DNA of 64,000 bases from a virus: the IMG/VR virus record IMGVR_UViG_3300029953_000001; one strand, 5' to 3'. This document shows positions 9,201 through 18,287 of the stretch, piece after piece. Made by a program: the position numbers and the translations under genes. The notes beneath the pieces were generated by a model. The model saw nothing but the letters and a program-made list of their open reading frames with translations. It was not told where the DNA came from and searched no databases. Position 1 is the stretch's first letter; each line of letters begins with the position of its first letter.

Positions 9201-11405
9201 TTAGTTGTCGTCGGAGCCGAAAAGTGCCTGACCGATGTCGAACTTAGGGGCACCAACGGTCGGGCCACCAGCGGTACGAATCTTCTTCAGGATGGGAGCG
9301 GAAGCAGCCTTGGGAAGTTTAAGCTCGTTGGTCGAGTCCTGCTTCACACGCTTGGCACCCTGCTCTTCGGGGGTGATGTCCTCGATGGTCTCTGCCCACA
9401 GGTCGCCCGAGTGGTCGTTCTCATTGTCGCGGCCTTCACCGGTGGCTTCGTCGGACTCAAAGTGGTTGGCAGCTTCCCCGGTTGAGGACGGAACAATGTC
9501 GAACCCGTCAACACCGGCAGCTTCCTTCAGACCAGCGATGAGAGAGGCAAGCGGATCACCGTCAGAGCCCTGCAAGGAGAACATGTCGTGCATGTCGCCC
9601 ATGCCGTCGTCGTCCATCGAGGCTCCAAGGTTGCCAGAGGGAGCGAAGAAATCGTCCTCACCAGCAGCAGACTTCTCTTCACCCTCGTTCGCCAAGGAAG
9701 CGGCCTTCTCTTCCATCGCGTCGGCGTCGAATACCTTGGAGAAGTCGAGTTCGTCACCCTCTGGGTCACCTTCCACTACTTCGCCGTCGAGACCTTCGAT
9801 TTCGCCTTCGCCTTCGCCTTCCATACCACCAAGTGCCTCTTCCTCACCCTCAAGTTTGGCGAGGTCAAGTTCCTCATCCCCCTCTTCAAGGATTTCACTT
9901 TCGATAGCCTTGATAGCAGCCTGAGCTTCGTCAATCTTCTCTTCGAGAACCTGCTTCTTCTCGTCGGTCAGAATTTCTGTTGCTTCACCCTCTGGGTCGC
10001 CGGGAACTTCTTCGGGAAACTCAGCCGGAGCTTCGATTTCACCTTCGACAGGTGCAGCAGCTTCCTCTACAGGAGCGGCCTCTGCGGGAGCAGCGGTCTC
10101 TTCAGCAGGAGGGAACTCGCCGTCAGCCTTCTTGGTGGAAGCCTTCTTGCCCTTGCAGTCGGCGTTGGTGCAGCCCTTGCAATCCTTGCCTTCGCAAGCG
10201 GTCTTCTTGGCAGCAGCCTTCTCGGTCTTGCCATCGGACAAATTCTGGGTCTGACCCGGCTTCTCGCCAGCGTCGGGACGCTCAGCAGCCTTGGATGCGT
10301 CAATCTCCTTCGGCTCAGAGCCGTCGCGACCGTCATCATAGGTGCCTTCCTGAGGTCCGTTTTCTTTACGGTCGTCAGCCTTCTTGACGTTGGCGTTCTT
10401 CGCATCACCACTGAGTTCCGAGGACACAGCCGACTTCTCGGACTTGAGAACGGACGGGTCTTCGAGCAAGTCGTTCAACTCGACCTTGTGGACTTCCTTG
10501 AAAGTCTCAGCAAGCTTCTGATAGTGCGCGTTGATAGCGGTCTGACGGAGCATAGCCTTGATGGCTTTTGTGCTGTTGCCCGAAAGAAGAGAAGCCGCGA
10601 GAGACTTCTGTACAGAAGTCGGTGCCGTGGGAAGCATAGTCTTGGCGATAGCCCAAGCTGAAGCTACACGGGTCTTTGCTTCCTTCGAAATTGCCTCCCG
10701 CTTGTTCTTAACCTCAGCCAGCTTTTCCTTCAGCGAGAGGTTGTTCGTATTTGCCATGTGAGTATCGCCTTTCTTCAAGTGAGAGGAGTCAGCAGCAGAC
10801 CCCTTCTTATCAGAAGTTTCATAGTTGTTTTTTTGTTTGGTTTGTGCATTTTTGTTGCTTGCCACAGGTGCTTCGAGTGGTTCAGCCGGTGGAGCATCCA
10901 TCGCCGCGTCGGGCATTGGCTCCAAAGCTGTATCACCTTCTGGCGTGGCAACAGATGCATCCGCTGCCGGAACTTCGGGGGTGGGGGGTACTTCCGGCAA
11001 GGCCGGTGCCTCGGGAGCCATCGGAGCAGCGGGAGCCGCGAGGGCATCAGGAGCCATAGGCATGTCGGGGGACATCATGTCCATACCCGCATCATCACCA
11101 TCGGCGATAGTTGCAAACTGTGAGTCGAGAGCGTTTAGCTCAGTCTGTACATCATCAGACCAACCCGAACCTTTGAACTTCTCCCACTCGGAGATAAGCT
11201 GTACCCGTTCACGCATAGCGCGAATCTCGGTTTCGAGTTCCTCACGTTTATCGGTGAGCAAGCTGAACTGCTCCATACCCTCGCCCTGAGGCATAGAGGC
11301 ATCAAGGTCAGCGAATTCGTTATCGAGCATGTCCAGTTCAGCGAACTTAGCCTTGACGTTCGCGATAACCTTGAGAATTGATTGTGTTGCTTCTTTGTTT
11401 GCCAT
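9201..11405 (-). CDS. Acidic low-complexity protein (734 aa), scaffold or internal virion protein candidate
   Basis: Extreme Glu/Ala/Asp/Pro content, coiled-coil-like N-terminus, Cys-rich segment CEGKDCKGCTNADCKG. Position between portal-side genes and the capsid. Confidence 0.45.
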   Translation of the reverse strand: MANKEATQSILKVIANVKAKFAELDMLDNEFADLDASMPQGEGMEQFSLLTDKREELETEIRAMRERVQLISEWEKFKGSGWSDDVQTELNALDSQFATIADGDDAGMDMMSPDMPMAPDALAAPAAPMAPEAPALPEVPPTPEVPAADASVATPEGDTALEPMPDAAMDAPPAEPLEAPVASNKNAQTKQKNNYETSDKKGSAADSSHLKKGDTHMANTNNLSLKEKLAEVKNKREAISKEAKTRVASAWAIAKTMLPTAPTSVQKSLAASLLSGNSTKAIKAMLRQTAINAHYQKLAETFKEVHKVELNDLLEDPSVLKSEKSAVSSELSGDAKNANVKKADDRKENGPQEGTYDDGRDGSEPKEIDASKAAERPDAGEKPGQTQNLSDGKTEKAAAKKTACEGKDCKGCTNADCKGKKASTKKADGEFPPAEETAAPAEAAPVEEAAAPVEGEIEAPAEFPEEVPGDPEGEATEILTDEKKQVLEEKIDEAQAAIKAIESEILEEGDEELDLAKLEGEEEALGGMEGEGEGEIEGLDGEVVEGDPEGDELDFSKVFDADAMEEKAASLANEGEEKSAAGEDDFFAPSGNLGASMDDDGMGDMHDMFSLQGSDGDPLASLIAGLKEAAGVDGFDIVPSSTGEAANHFESDEATGEGRDNENDHSGDLWAETIEDITPEEQGAKRVKQDSTNELKLPKAASAPILKKIRTAGGPTVGAPKFDIGQALFGSDDN

Positions 11406-12295
11406 TAGCGTATGCTTCTCCCACGAAGGTCATCTTCTTGCATTAAAACCTCGCCTAAATTAGGTGTCCGATATTCACTATCTTCTGACGCTGCTTTCGT
11501 AATCCCATCCAAACTGCTTGATTTGCGGGTGTAGGGAGTCTTAGGGCCGACCCATTCATCAGAAACGATTGACCGCTTAACTGCTCCGGGGAAGGCCGGG
11601 GTACCTACCCACGAGGCTTCCACGAACTTGACTCCACCGTTGGGCAAAGTGTGATGACCACAGAGTTCACCTACACGACGAGAGATGCCGTCATCATCTA
11701 ATAGAAATTGGCCCTTCTGGAAGTTTAAATGAACACAATAAGAACTCTGATCGGTTACATGGGCTCCGCAAAAGGAGCAGATAACAAGGTCAGTCACGCA
11801 GCCCATCGACAGGTAACGAACTTCACCATTGCGAATGTCATTGATGAGCTTCTCGTGAGCAAGGTCGGTAGCAACAAGAATGTCGCAGAAGTAAACCCAA
11901 TCTTCAGCTTCTGGGCCAAGATGAATCTTGCGGAGCACCGAGTCAAGAATATGGCCTTTCGCATACTTCGAATTTTGGAAGTGTTCAACGAAGTTGAAGG
12001 CACCAACGAAGGAGCGGTGCGACAGGCGCAAAACCGGGTTGGACCAACCGTCGTCGTTGTTGTTGAAAAGATGAGAGGAGGAGGGGCGCACCAAATAGTC
12101 GAAAGGTGGTGCCTCTGTGGCTAAACTGCTCATAATTGTGCAGTGAGACAAAAGGTATTTACTTTGATCCGCTGCGATTTTATTGAAGGCGGCGGTTTTC
12201 TGCCCAAACGTACGGGTGCCATACAGCTTGCTCCAATCCTGTGTACTCAGGATAGGTTCTTTAAGTTCCGCGTTGGCTATCTTCTCGAATGACAT
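11405..12295 (-). CDS. Hypothetical protein (296 aa); position fits a prohead protease or head-assembly protein
   Basis: Complete ORF. Start overlaps the stop of the downstream gene (ATGA-type coupling). No confident catalytic motif. Confidence 0.4.
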   Translation of the reverse strand: MSFEKIANAELKEPILSTQDWSKLYGTRTFGQKTAAFNKIAADQSKYLLSHCTIMSSLATEAPPFDYLVRPSSSHLFNNNDDGWSNPVLRLSHRSFVGAFNFVEHFQNSKYAKGHILDSVLRKIHLGPEAEDWVYFCDILVATDLAHEKLINDIRNGEVRYLSMGCVTDLVICSFCGAHVTDQSSYCVHLNFQKGQFLLDDDGISRRVGELCGHHTLPNGGVKFVEASWVGTPAFPGAVKRSIVSDEWVGPKTPYTRKSSSLDGITKAASEDSEYRTPNLGEVLMQEDDLRGRSIR

Positions 12296-12333
12296 ACTAC
12301 TTAGAGGATACGTAGTTCACTTTCTTTGGGTTC

Positions 12334-14340
12334 TCACATCGCAAAAAAGCATCCGCAATCGACACACTCAACCAAGCTGCCATCTTCTGCGTCCGAATTT
12401 TCAAACTTTTTTACGTTCTGGCTGGAGCACGCCGGACACACTTGGTTGACCCCATCCTCAGTAAGCGGGACAAAGCCCGTTGTGGAAGGAAACGAAGTAG
12501 CCGTGCTCCCTTTGATTTTCAAAGTATCCATGAACCACTTATCGAACTTGCTGCGGGGGGTGTACTTCTTGGGATTCGAAGGTGAGGGAGTTACCGGCTC
12601 ATCTTCCTCTTCTCCAAACTCGGGAACCCCTGCCGCTTCTAGCAGTTCGTCACCCGGCTCGATATGGTCGGCCAAGTCCTGTAGCTCCATGAGTTCACCT
12701 TGGCTGATAGATTCAGCTTGAAGCTGACTTCTCAGGTACTCCAGACGGTCTTGAATCGAGGGTGTGGTGGTTCCTCCCAGCGGCTTACCATAGAGAGTAC
12801 CCATAGACCCCCCTTCATCATCGTCCTCATCATCATCCTCATAGTCCCACTGGATAGCGGTCTTGTCAGTAGCAAGAACCGTGTTCAGAAGCTGTTGCTC
12901 AGCCGTGGGCGGAGCTTGTATCTGTTGCTGGGGTACTGGCGTGGGCGGGGCTTGTATCTGTTGCTGGGGTACTGGCGTAGGAACGTCAGCAATGCCTTCC
13001 TTGACTTCATCCTTCGCACCCTCGTCAAGGTGACGGCGCATGTCGTTACGGGGCGGGAGACTCTTCGGGCTGGTCTTTTGCTCGATGTCGGCGGTGCGTA
13101 CAAAGTAGTCTGGGTTGACTGCACCATTGACACGACGTGCGATGTCCTTAACATCTACCTGCGACCCCTTCTTGTGACCTACAATAAGTGTGATACCTTC
13201 GCTGGCTCCGAGAGATGAGAGCTTCTGTGTGGCTCTATGAATAGTGTATCCAGCCATCTCCAACGCTTCAGCCGATGCCTTCACAACGGTGCTTATGGAA
13301 GGAGCGAACTCCTTGTCCACTGCACAAGAGAGGCGGAGCTTGACGGATGAAGTTGTCATCTGACGCAACTGTTCGAGAGGGTCAGGTACCATACCCGGCT
13401 GCATCGGTTGTTGCACAGGCTGACCCGGAGGCGTAGGTTGACCCGGCTGCTGTTGCTGTTGACCCGTCTGTGTCTCCATACCGGTCTGCTGCTGACCCTG
13501 AGGTAGCTGGGGCAGCGTGCCGGGGGGTGGTTGTAGGTCTTTCTGTGCAGGAGCAATGGTAGTGGACTCAGCAGACTGCGAACGCTGCTCTGGGGTCATG
13601 TGTGCGACACCCGGAGTTGCGTTGGGATTGGTAACCGGGGGGGTTACACCATAGGGTGTGCTGGTGCCATAGGACTGGGTAACGGCTATCTTACCTCCCA
13701 CTCGGCTCACAGCGAAGTCCTCATCGCCTTCCTTGAAGAAGGTAGCGTCTTCTATCTCATTCTCTACGGGCTGCACCAACTCATGAACGGGAGACGCAGT
13801 GTGGATGCCACAGTCACCGGCCCGAGGGTCTTTCCTCTTCTTAGCATCGTAGGATGCATATACAAAATTATTGGGGATTCCAATCATGGATGAGGCTGGG
13901 ATTGTAGGAGAATCCAAAGCACCCTGCTCCTGCTCTGTACCCTTCCCCATCATCTTGCCGTTCTGCGTGGTAAAGTCTGGGTCGGAGTGGTGCTGATGAG
14001 TCGCGTAATCTTCATCTGCGATTTGCTCAAGTAGAGCGTCAAGGGCGGTCTTGCTTGAGGCAAGGCGAATACCCAGCTTACTAGCTGACTCAATAATCTG
14101 CTTGTACTTGTGGTCGCCAAGAAAGTCAGGCTCGTTCAGCTTCTTGCGTACTATCTCTTTGAATTGGGGACGTTCCTTCCACTCATTGAACACACCACCG
14201 TTAGAAGGCGTAACGATGCTGAAGCCTTCCCTATTCGGGTTGCCTTCAGGGTCGGTAACTTTGAACGCCTTCCCGTACAACAAGTCGAAGTCGAGGGGAG
14301 TACGTGCGTCTTTTTGGAGAAGGGGATTCTTGGGCTTCAC
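12334..14340 (-). CDS. Hypothetical Gln/Pro-rich protein (668 aa) with a C-terminal Zn-ribbon (CPACSS...CVDCGC) and an internal 12-aa tandem repeat
   Basis: PVPQQQIQAPPT repeated twice, from a 36-nt direct repeat at about 12905-12976. Long low-complexity Q/P tracts. Confidence 0.45.
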   Translation of the reverse strand: MKPKNPLLQKDARTPLDFDLLYGKAFKVTDPEGNPNREGFSIVTPSNGGVFNEWKERPQFKEIVRKKLNEPDFLGDHKYKQIIESASKLGIRLASSKTALDALLEQIADEDYATHQHHSDPDFTTQNGKMMGKGTEQEQGALDSPTIPASSMIGIPNNFVYASYDAKKRKDPRAGDCGIHTASPVHELVQPVENEIEDATFFKEGDEDFAVSRVGGKIAVTQSYGTSTPYGVTPPVTNPNATPGVAHMTPEQRSQSAESTTIAPAQKDLQPPPGTLPQLPQGQQQTGMETQTGQQQQQPGQPTPPGQPVQQPMQPGMVPDPLEQLRQMTTSSVKLRLSCAVDKEFAPSISTVVKASAEALEMAGYTIHRATQKLSSLGASEGITLIVGHKKGSQVDVKDIARRVNGAVNPDYFVRTADIEQKTSPKSLPPRNDMRRHLDEGAKDEVKEGIADVPTPVPQQQIQAPPTPVPQQQIQAPPTAEQQLLNTVLATDKTAIQWDYEDDDEDDDEGGSMGTLYGKPLGGTTTPSIQDRLEYLRSQLQAESISQGELMELQDLADHIEPGDELLEAAGVPEFGEEEDEPVTPSPSNPKKYTPRSKFDKWFMDTLKIKGSTATSFPSTTGFVPLTEDGVNQVCPACSSQNVKKFENSDAEDGSLVECVDCGCFFAM
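12905..12976. repeat. 36-nt direct tandem repeat x2 inside the CDS (encodes PVPQQQIQAPPT x2)
   Basis: gtgggcgg(a/g)gcttgtatctgttgctggggtactggc occurs twice, adjacent. Confidence 0.6.
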
Positions 14341-14341
14341 T

Positions 14342-15307
14342 TTATATGTCCTTCACTAGAGGAATAGGTAGTTGGTGTTTCCTCTTTGTTTCTTGCATCT
14401 TCGCCATTACATCAGGGCTAGAGGCCGGAGAGTTGCCGCCATAACGTAGCTGGTTAGTCTTGATACGTTTCTTCTCTATGTCGGGGCGACATGATGGGCT
14501 TAAGCCGCCAAATCGCTCTAGTATGGTCGCATTCTTCTTAGCTTGTAGTGTCAAATTGAGAATTGGGTTGGTTACCCCATACTTAGCCAGCATGGTGGTT
14601 TCTGCTTTTTGTTTTAACTCTGGGTCGGCGAAAGTACGTCTGTTTCTCCAGTGTGCCGAGCATTCGTAGAAGGTCTTTGAACAGCACGGCTTCTCATTAT
14701 TTCCCAACAAGAACAGAGCTTGAGCACCACAACCATAGCCACAAGCTGCTTCCTTTTCAATCATCTTTACCTTCATGCTCTTCTTATGCTTACTGTAGGC
14801 TGAGCATGAACCTTGATGGTGTGAACAACAAGGGGTTTCCTTCTTACCTACAAGGAATTTGGCGGGGTTGAAGCAGCCGTACTCACACAGCAGCCTATCA
14901 TCAGGAGAAATTGGGTGTACACGGGTCTTTGCCCCCTTGCGCCTACCCGTGTTACCTTTTTCTTTGGCTATACGTCCCGCACGACCGGGGTCAGAGAGTC
15001 CCTTATCATTGATGTATTTGAAACCTCCCTGACCCCCCTCATGGAGGTTGTAGCATAGTTGGTCTTGACAGGCCGATTGGAGGAGTTCTACCTCTTTAGC
15101 ATATGCCTCGGATGCAAGGGAGAATTGGGTTATAACTTCTTTGGTAAAGTTATGGCGACCGTACTTCTTAACAGCGCGTTTGATGACAATACCAGAGCCA
15201 AGATAATCATCGTTGGGATTATTAGTCTCGTGAACCCCAAGGTAATACCGAGAGTTGAGAAGGTTGGTAATTTTGTAGACCGTAAAAACACTCATGCGAC
15301 TCTCCAA
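14342..15307 (-). CDS. GIY-YIG homing endonuclease with Cys-rich C-terminal region
   Basis: FTVYKITNLLNSRYYLGVHETNN...YLGSG...R...YNLHEGGQGG, then multiple CxxC-like clusters. Confidence 0.7.
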   Translation of the reverse strand: MESRMSVFTVYKITNLLNSRYYLGVHETNNPNDDYLGSGIVIKRAVKKYGRHNFTKEVITQFSLASEAYAKEVELLQSACQDQLCYNLHEGGQGGFKYINDKGLSDPGRAGRIAKEKGNTGRRKGAKTRVHPISPDDRLLCEYGCFNPAKFLVGKKETPCCSHHQGSCSAYSKHKKSMKVKMIEKEAACGYGCGAQALFLLGNNEKPCCSKTFYECSAHWRNRRTFADPELKQKAETTMLAKYGVTNPILNLTLQAKKNATILERFGGLSPSCRPDIEKKRIKTNQLRYGGNSPASSPDVMAKMQETKRKHQLPIPLVKDI

Positions 15308-15396
15308 GTATCAGTTACTTCTAACTAATACCCAGAAAGTCGCAAAGTTGATTCCACTATCAATAAATGGCTGATACCAGAATCAAATAACAGTAA

Positions 15397-16062
15397 CTAG
15401 ATTGAATACAGCAGGCTACGCCCGGTTGTATCTGATGTATTTAGGCCCGAATCAATAAATTCTCCGTAAACCGAACCTGCCACGTCAAAGATGTCTGTGA
15501 CAAGGATGTTGCAGTTCTCCGTCACCGCCGCCGTCTCAATAGCGTAACCGGTTTGATAGCTCGACATCCAACATCCCTCAAATATCGTAGCTACGGCAAA
15601 CAGGCCGGGGTTGCCAGTATTGTTCAAGCCGCCCTCGTTAGGAATGTCAGCAGTAATAGCCTGACCTACGTTAGGGTCTTCAGAGGCAAGCTGCGAGAAG
15701 ACGATTTCCGTCTTGATGTCGAATGGCCACTTGTGATGACGGAGTGAGCGAACAGCACCAGATACCCCAGCCTTGTATCCGAGAACCTGCTGAAGGTTGG
15801 CGAGATACAGACAGGTACGGGTGATGGTCAAGCTCATAGGCTCGGTCACACCGGGCACGAGTTCGGCAACTTGGTCACCATACCCTAGACCACGGATAGT
15901 CTCGATATTCTTTGATTCCGAAATATCGAACGACGAAGTGACGCCAAGCTTCACGAACTTACCTACGTCTACAACGTCGGTGAAGATTTTAAATCGGGAT
16001 GAAATCACCGATTCCGTTTGCGCTGTCGTTCCTTGCTGGTACACATACCCACCCTGTGCCAT
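15397..16062 (-). CDS. Hypothetical virion structural protein (221 aa)
   Basis: RBS AAGGAGATAAAAAC-ATG; beta-rich composition; structural module. Ends in a TAG stop. Confidence 0.45.
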   Translation of the reverse strand: MAQGGYVYQQGTTAQTESVISSRFKIFTDVVDVGKFVKLGVTSSFDISESKNIETIRGLGYGDQVAELVPGVTEPMSLTITRTCLYLANLQQVLGYKAGVSGAVRSLRHHKWPFDIKTEIVFSQLASEDPNVGQAITADIPNEGGLNNTGNPGLFAVATIFEGCWMSSYQTGYAIETAAVTENCNILVTDIFDVAGSVYGEFIDSGLNTSDTTGRSLLYSI

Positions 16063-16212
16063 GTTTTTATCTCCTTAACCTTGTACTGCTTGCTCATATA
16101 AGGCAGCGGGTAGTTGCTTTTGTAAAAATAACCGTCTCCGCGCCCATCCATCTTTAATTGCTTGCCTATGTGTTCCGAATTATGTACACGCCGCAATCAA
16201 ACCAAACCATAC

Positions 16213-17793
16213 TTACTCTTCTTCATCTTCCCCTGCAACATTGAGCCCAAAGAGCAGGGAGGAACTCTTGGACGAATGAGGCTTGGTGCTGAAGAGAATA
16301 CGCCCACACTCGGAACATTCATCGTTGCCTTTAACTGACTTTGGAGTCACATCCTTCTTGCACTTGGTGCAATACAACTCCTTTGAACTCTTCTTACCCT
16401 TGTTCTTTTCCTTGACTTCCAGTGCCTGCGCTTCGGCTTCTTCCTGCATCTTTTGCTTGTTCAACACCTTGGCAGCTTCGCCAAACATGTCGTATGCACG
16501 GTAGACCGATTCAACGGCTTCACGCACGGGGCGGGAGTCAAGAGTCTTGGTTACCTTCTTGATTTCGAGGTACAGAGCCTTGAGGTCATCGCCAGCCTTC
16601 TCAACCTTCTTAAGTGCAGTACCTGTGCTCATGTCCTCAGCGAACTTGGTGACAAGTTCAGTCGCGGGAATCTTGATGCCGGTGTTGTCGTCAATCTCCG
16701 CGTGGGCCTTGGCTACTTCAGGAGTGCGACCCCCGTCTTCAACGATGCTCCCGGTCTCGCCGTCGTTTACGAAAGAACCACCCTGATTGGAAGCTTCCTT
16801 CTTCTTGCCGTCCTCATCCTCTTCCTTCTTCTTACGCTTCATGTCATCGGCGAAAGGATTCTTGCGACGGTCAGCAGCAACATGGCTGTCTGCTTCCTCC
16901 TCTTCTTCCTCAGCACTGGCCAAGTTCAAGCCAGCGAATGAAGCGGCCATCGGCATAGGAGCAGCAGCCGCTGGAGCAGCAGCCGGTTCAGGGGCTTCCT
17001 GTTCAACAGGACGGTCAGCGATAATCTTGGCGATAGCACCAATAAACCGATTCGCTGCCTTGTCGTTCATGAGGTCTTCCGCAGTGGACAGAGCCTTCAG
17101 CATCTTAGCGAGAACATCGCTGGACAACTGCTGGATGTCTGCATCTGGATTAGAGGCGGCTGGTGCAGGAGCCTTGGCAGGTACAGCAACTGGAGCAGCC
17201 TTCTTGCCGTAGAACAACTCAGCCGTAATCTTTGAAGCGAGACGAGGAACTTCAGCCAGTACAGGCTCTTCCGGCTTTCCGTCAACGCGGTCGGAGACCC
17301 AGTTGTCGCTACCAGAAGCTTCCTTTACTTCTTTCGGTTCGCCATCGTTCTCCCTGTCCGTAACCCAGTTGTCACTGCCAGAGGCTGCGCGAGGAGCGGG
17401 AGTGAAAGTTTGCTCATTCTTCATTTCAACATTCCTATCGGGCGAGTTGCCCATGGTTTCTGAAGGTGTCCCGTCGCCTTTGAGCTTGGCAATCAAGTTC
17501 ACATTCTCAGAAATTTTTGTCGCCATCTCTGGCATTACGGTGTCGTCCAAGTAATCTTCCAGAGAGGATGCACCTTCTTGCCGCATATCCAAGGGAGCCT
17601 TGTTCAGCACACTGGTTAGAAAACTGATGGCGTCATCAAGCTGTTCCAAACGCTCATCCTGTACATCGGCCTCCACAAGTTGCGAGACCAGCGATTCTGC
17701 TTCCTGCACCGCACTCTCCAAAGTCTGCTTGGATACAAGTACAGTTGCTTTCTTCGGCTGCTGCTTGCGACGAACTATCAATTTCGACGCCAT
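16213..17793 (-). CDS. Acidic Ala/Glu-rich protein (526 aa) with C-terminal Zn-ribbon (CTKCKK...CSECGR)
   Basis: Low-complexity acidic protein similar in style to 9201..11405; EEEEEE run. Confidence 0.45.
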   Translation of the reverse strand: MASKLIVRRKQQPKKATVLVSKQTLESAVQEAESLVSQLVEADVQDERLEQLDDAISFLTSVLNKAPLDMRQEGASSLEDYLDDTVMPEMATKISENVNLIAKLKGDGTPSETMGNSPDRNVEMKNEQTFTPAPRAASGSDNWVTDRENDGEPKEVKEASGSDNWVSDRVDGKPEEPVLAEVPRLASKITAELFYGKKAAPVAVPAKAPAPAASNPDADIQQLSSDVLAKMLKALSTAEDLMNDKAANRFIGAIAKIIADRPVEQEAPEPAAAPAAAAPMPMAASFAGLNLASAEEEEEEADSHVAADRRKNPFADDMKRKKKEEDEDGKKKEASNQGGSFVNDGETGSIVEDGGRTPEVAKAHAEIDDNTGIKIPATELVTKFAEDMSTGTALKKVEKAGDDLKALYLEIKKVTKTLDSRPVREAVESVYRAYDMFGEAAKVLNKQKMQEEAEAQALEVKEKNKGKKSSKELYCTKCKKDVTPKSVKGNDECSECGRILFSTKPHSSKSSSLLFGLNVAGEDEEE

Positions 17794-17795
17794 GC

Positions 17796-18257
17796 TTACA
17801 CCGTCACGTCTGGGATAGTGGGAACCAAGGTCTTACCACGGAGTGCAGAGAACGCCGCGATAATACGGCTGGTAACTACGTTCACCCAAGCTGCCGCTGC
17901 TTCACTTGGGTTAGTGGTGATACATGCCATCGGACCTTGAACTGGAGCGAGGTTGTACTGGTTCGGGTTCACTGCCGTTGGGAGTGCCAACATGAACTGA
18001 GCTTGCTGTGAAGAAAGCTGAGTTGTAACCCCTACATAGTTCTCCGTAGTGGGGAACTGAAAGGTAAAGATCGTGTTGTTGGGATCAGTGAAGGTACCTG
18101 CGATGTTGACCTCAGGGTCACCGAACGCAGCGATCAACGCCTTATCATTCGCGTCAGTCATGTCTCCCACGAAGGAGGCTTGAATGGTGACGCTAATAAT
18201 ACCGTTTGCTTGTGTGGTGACGGTATGCAGCTTCATCCTATATAACTCCAAGTGCAT
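17796..18257 (-). CDS. Hypothetical structural protein (153 aa)
   Basis: Complete ORF immediately downstream of the 1180-aa protein. Confidence 0.4.
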   Translation of the reverse strand: MHLELYRMKLHTVTTQANGIISVTIQASFVGDMTDANDKALIAAFGDPEVNIAGTFTDPNNTIFTFQFPTTENYVGVTTQLSSQQAQFMLALPTAVNPNQYNLAPVQGPMACITTNPSEAAAAWVNVVTSRIIAAFSALRGKTLVPTIPDVTV

Positions 18258-18287
18258 CGGGGGTGGATGAACTCCACCCCCATTTTG

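Noticed and set aside
9588-10661. 357-aa plus-strand ORF (also 9235..9924 and 10825..11289)
   Set aside because: Antisense to the acidic scaffold-like gene. Leu/Ser/Gly-rich artefact.
18263-18287. Hairpin GGGGGTGGA-TGAAC-TCCACCCCC between 17796..18257 and 18288..21830
   Set aside because: On the transcribed (minus) strand it is not followed by a U-run, so it was not called as a terminator. It may be an RNA-processing or attenuation hairpin.
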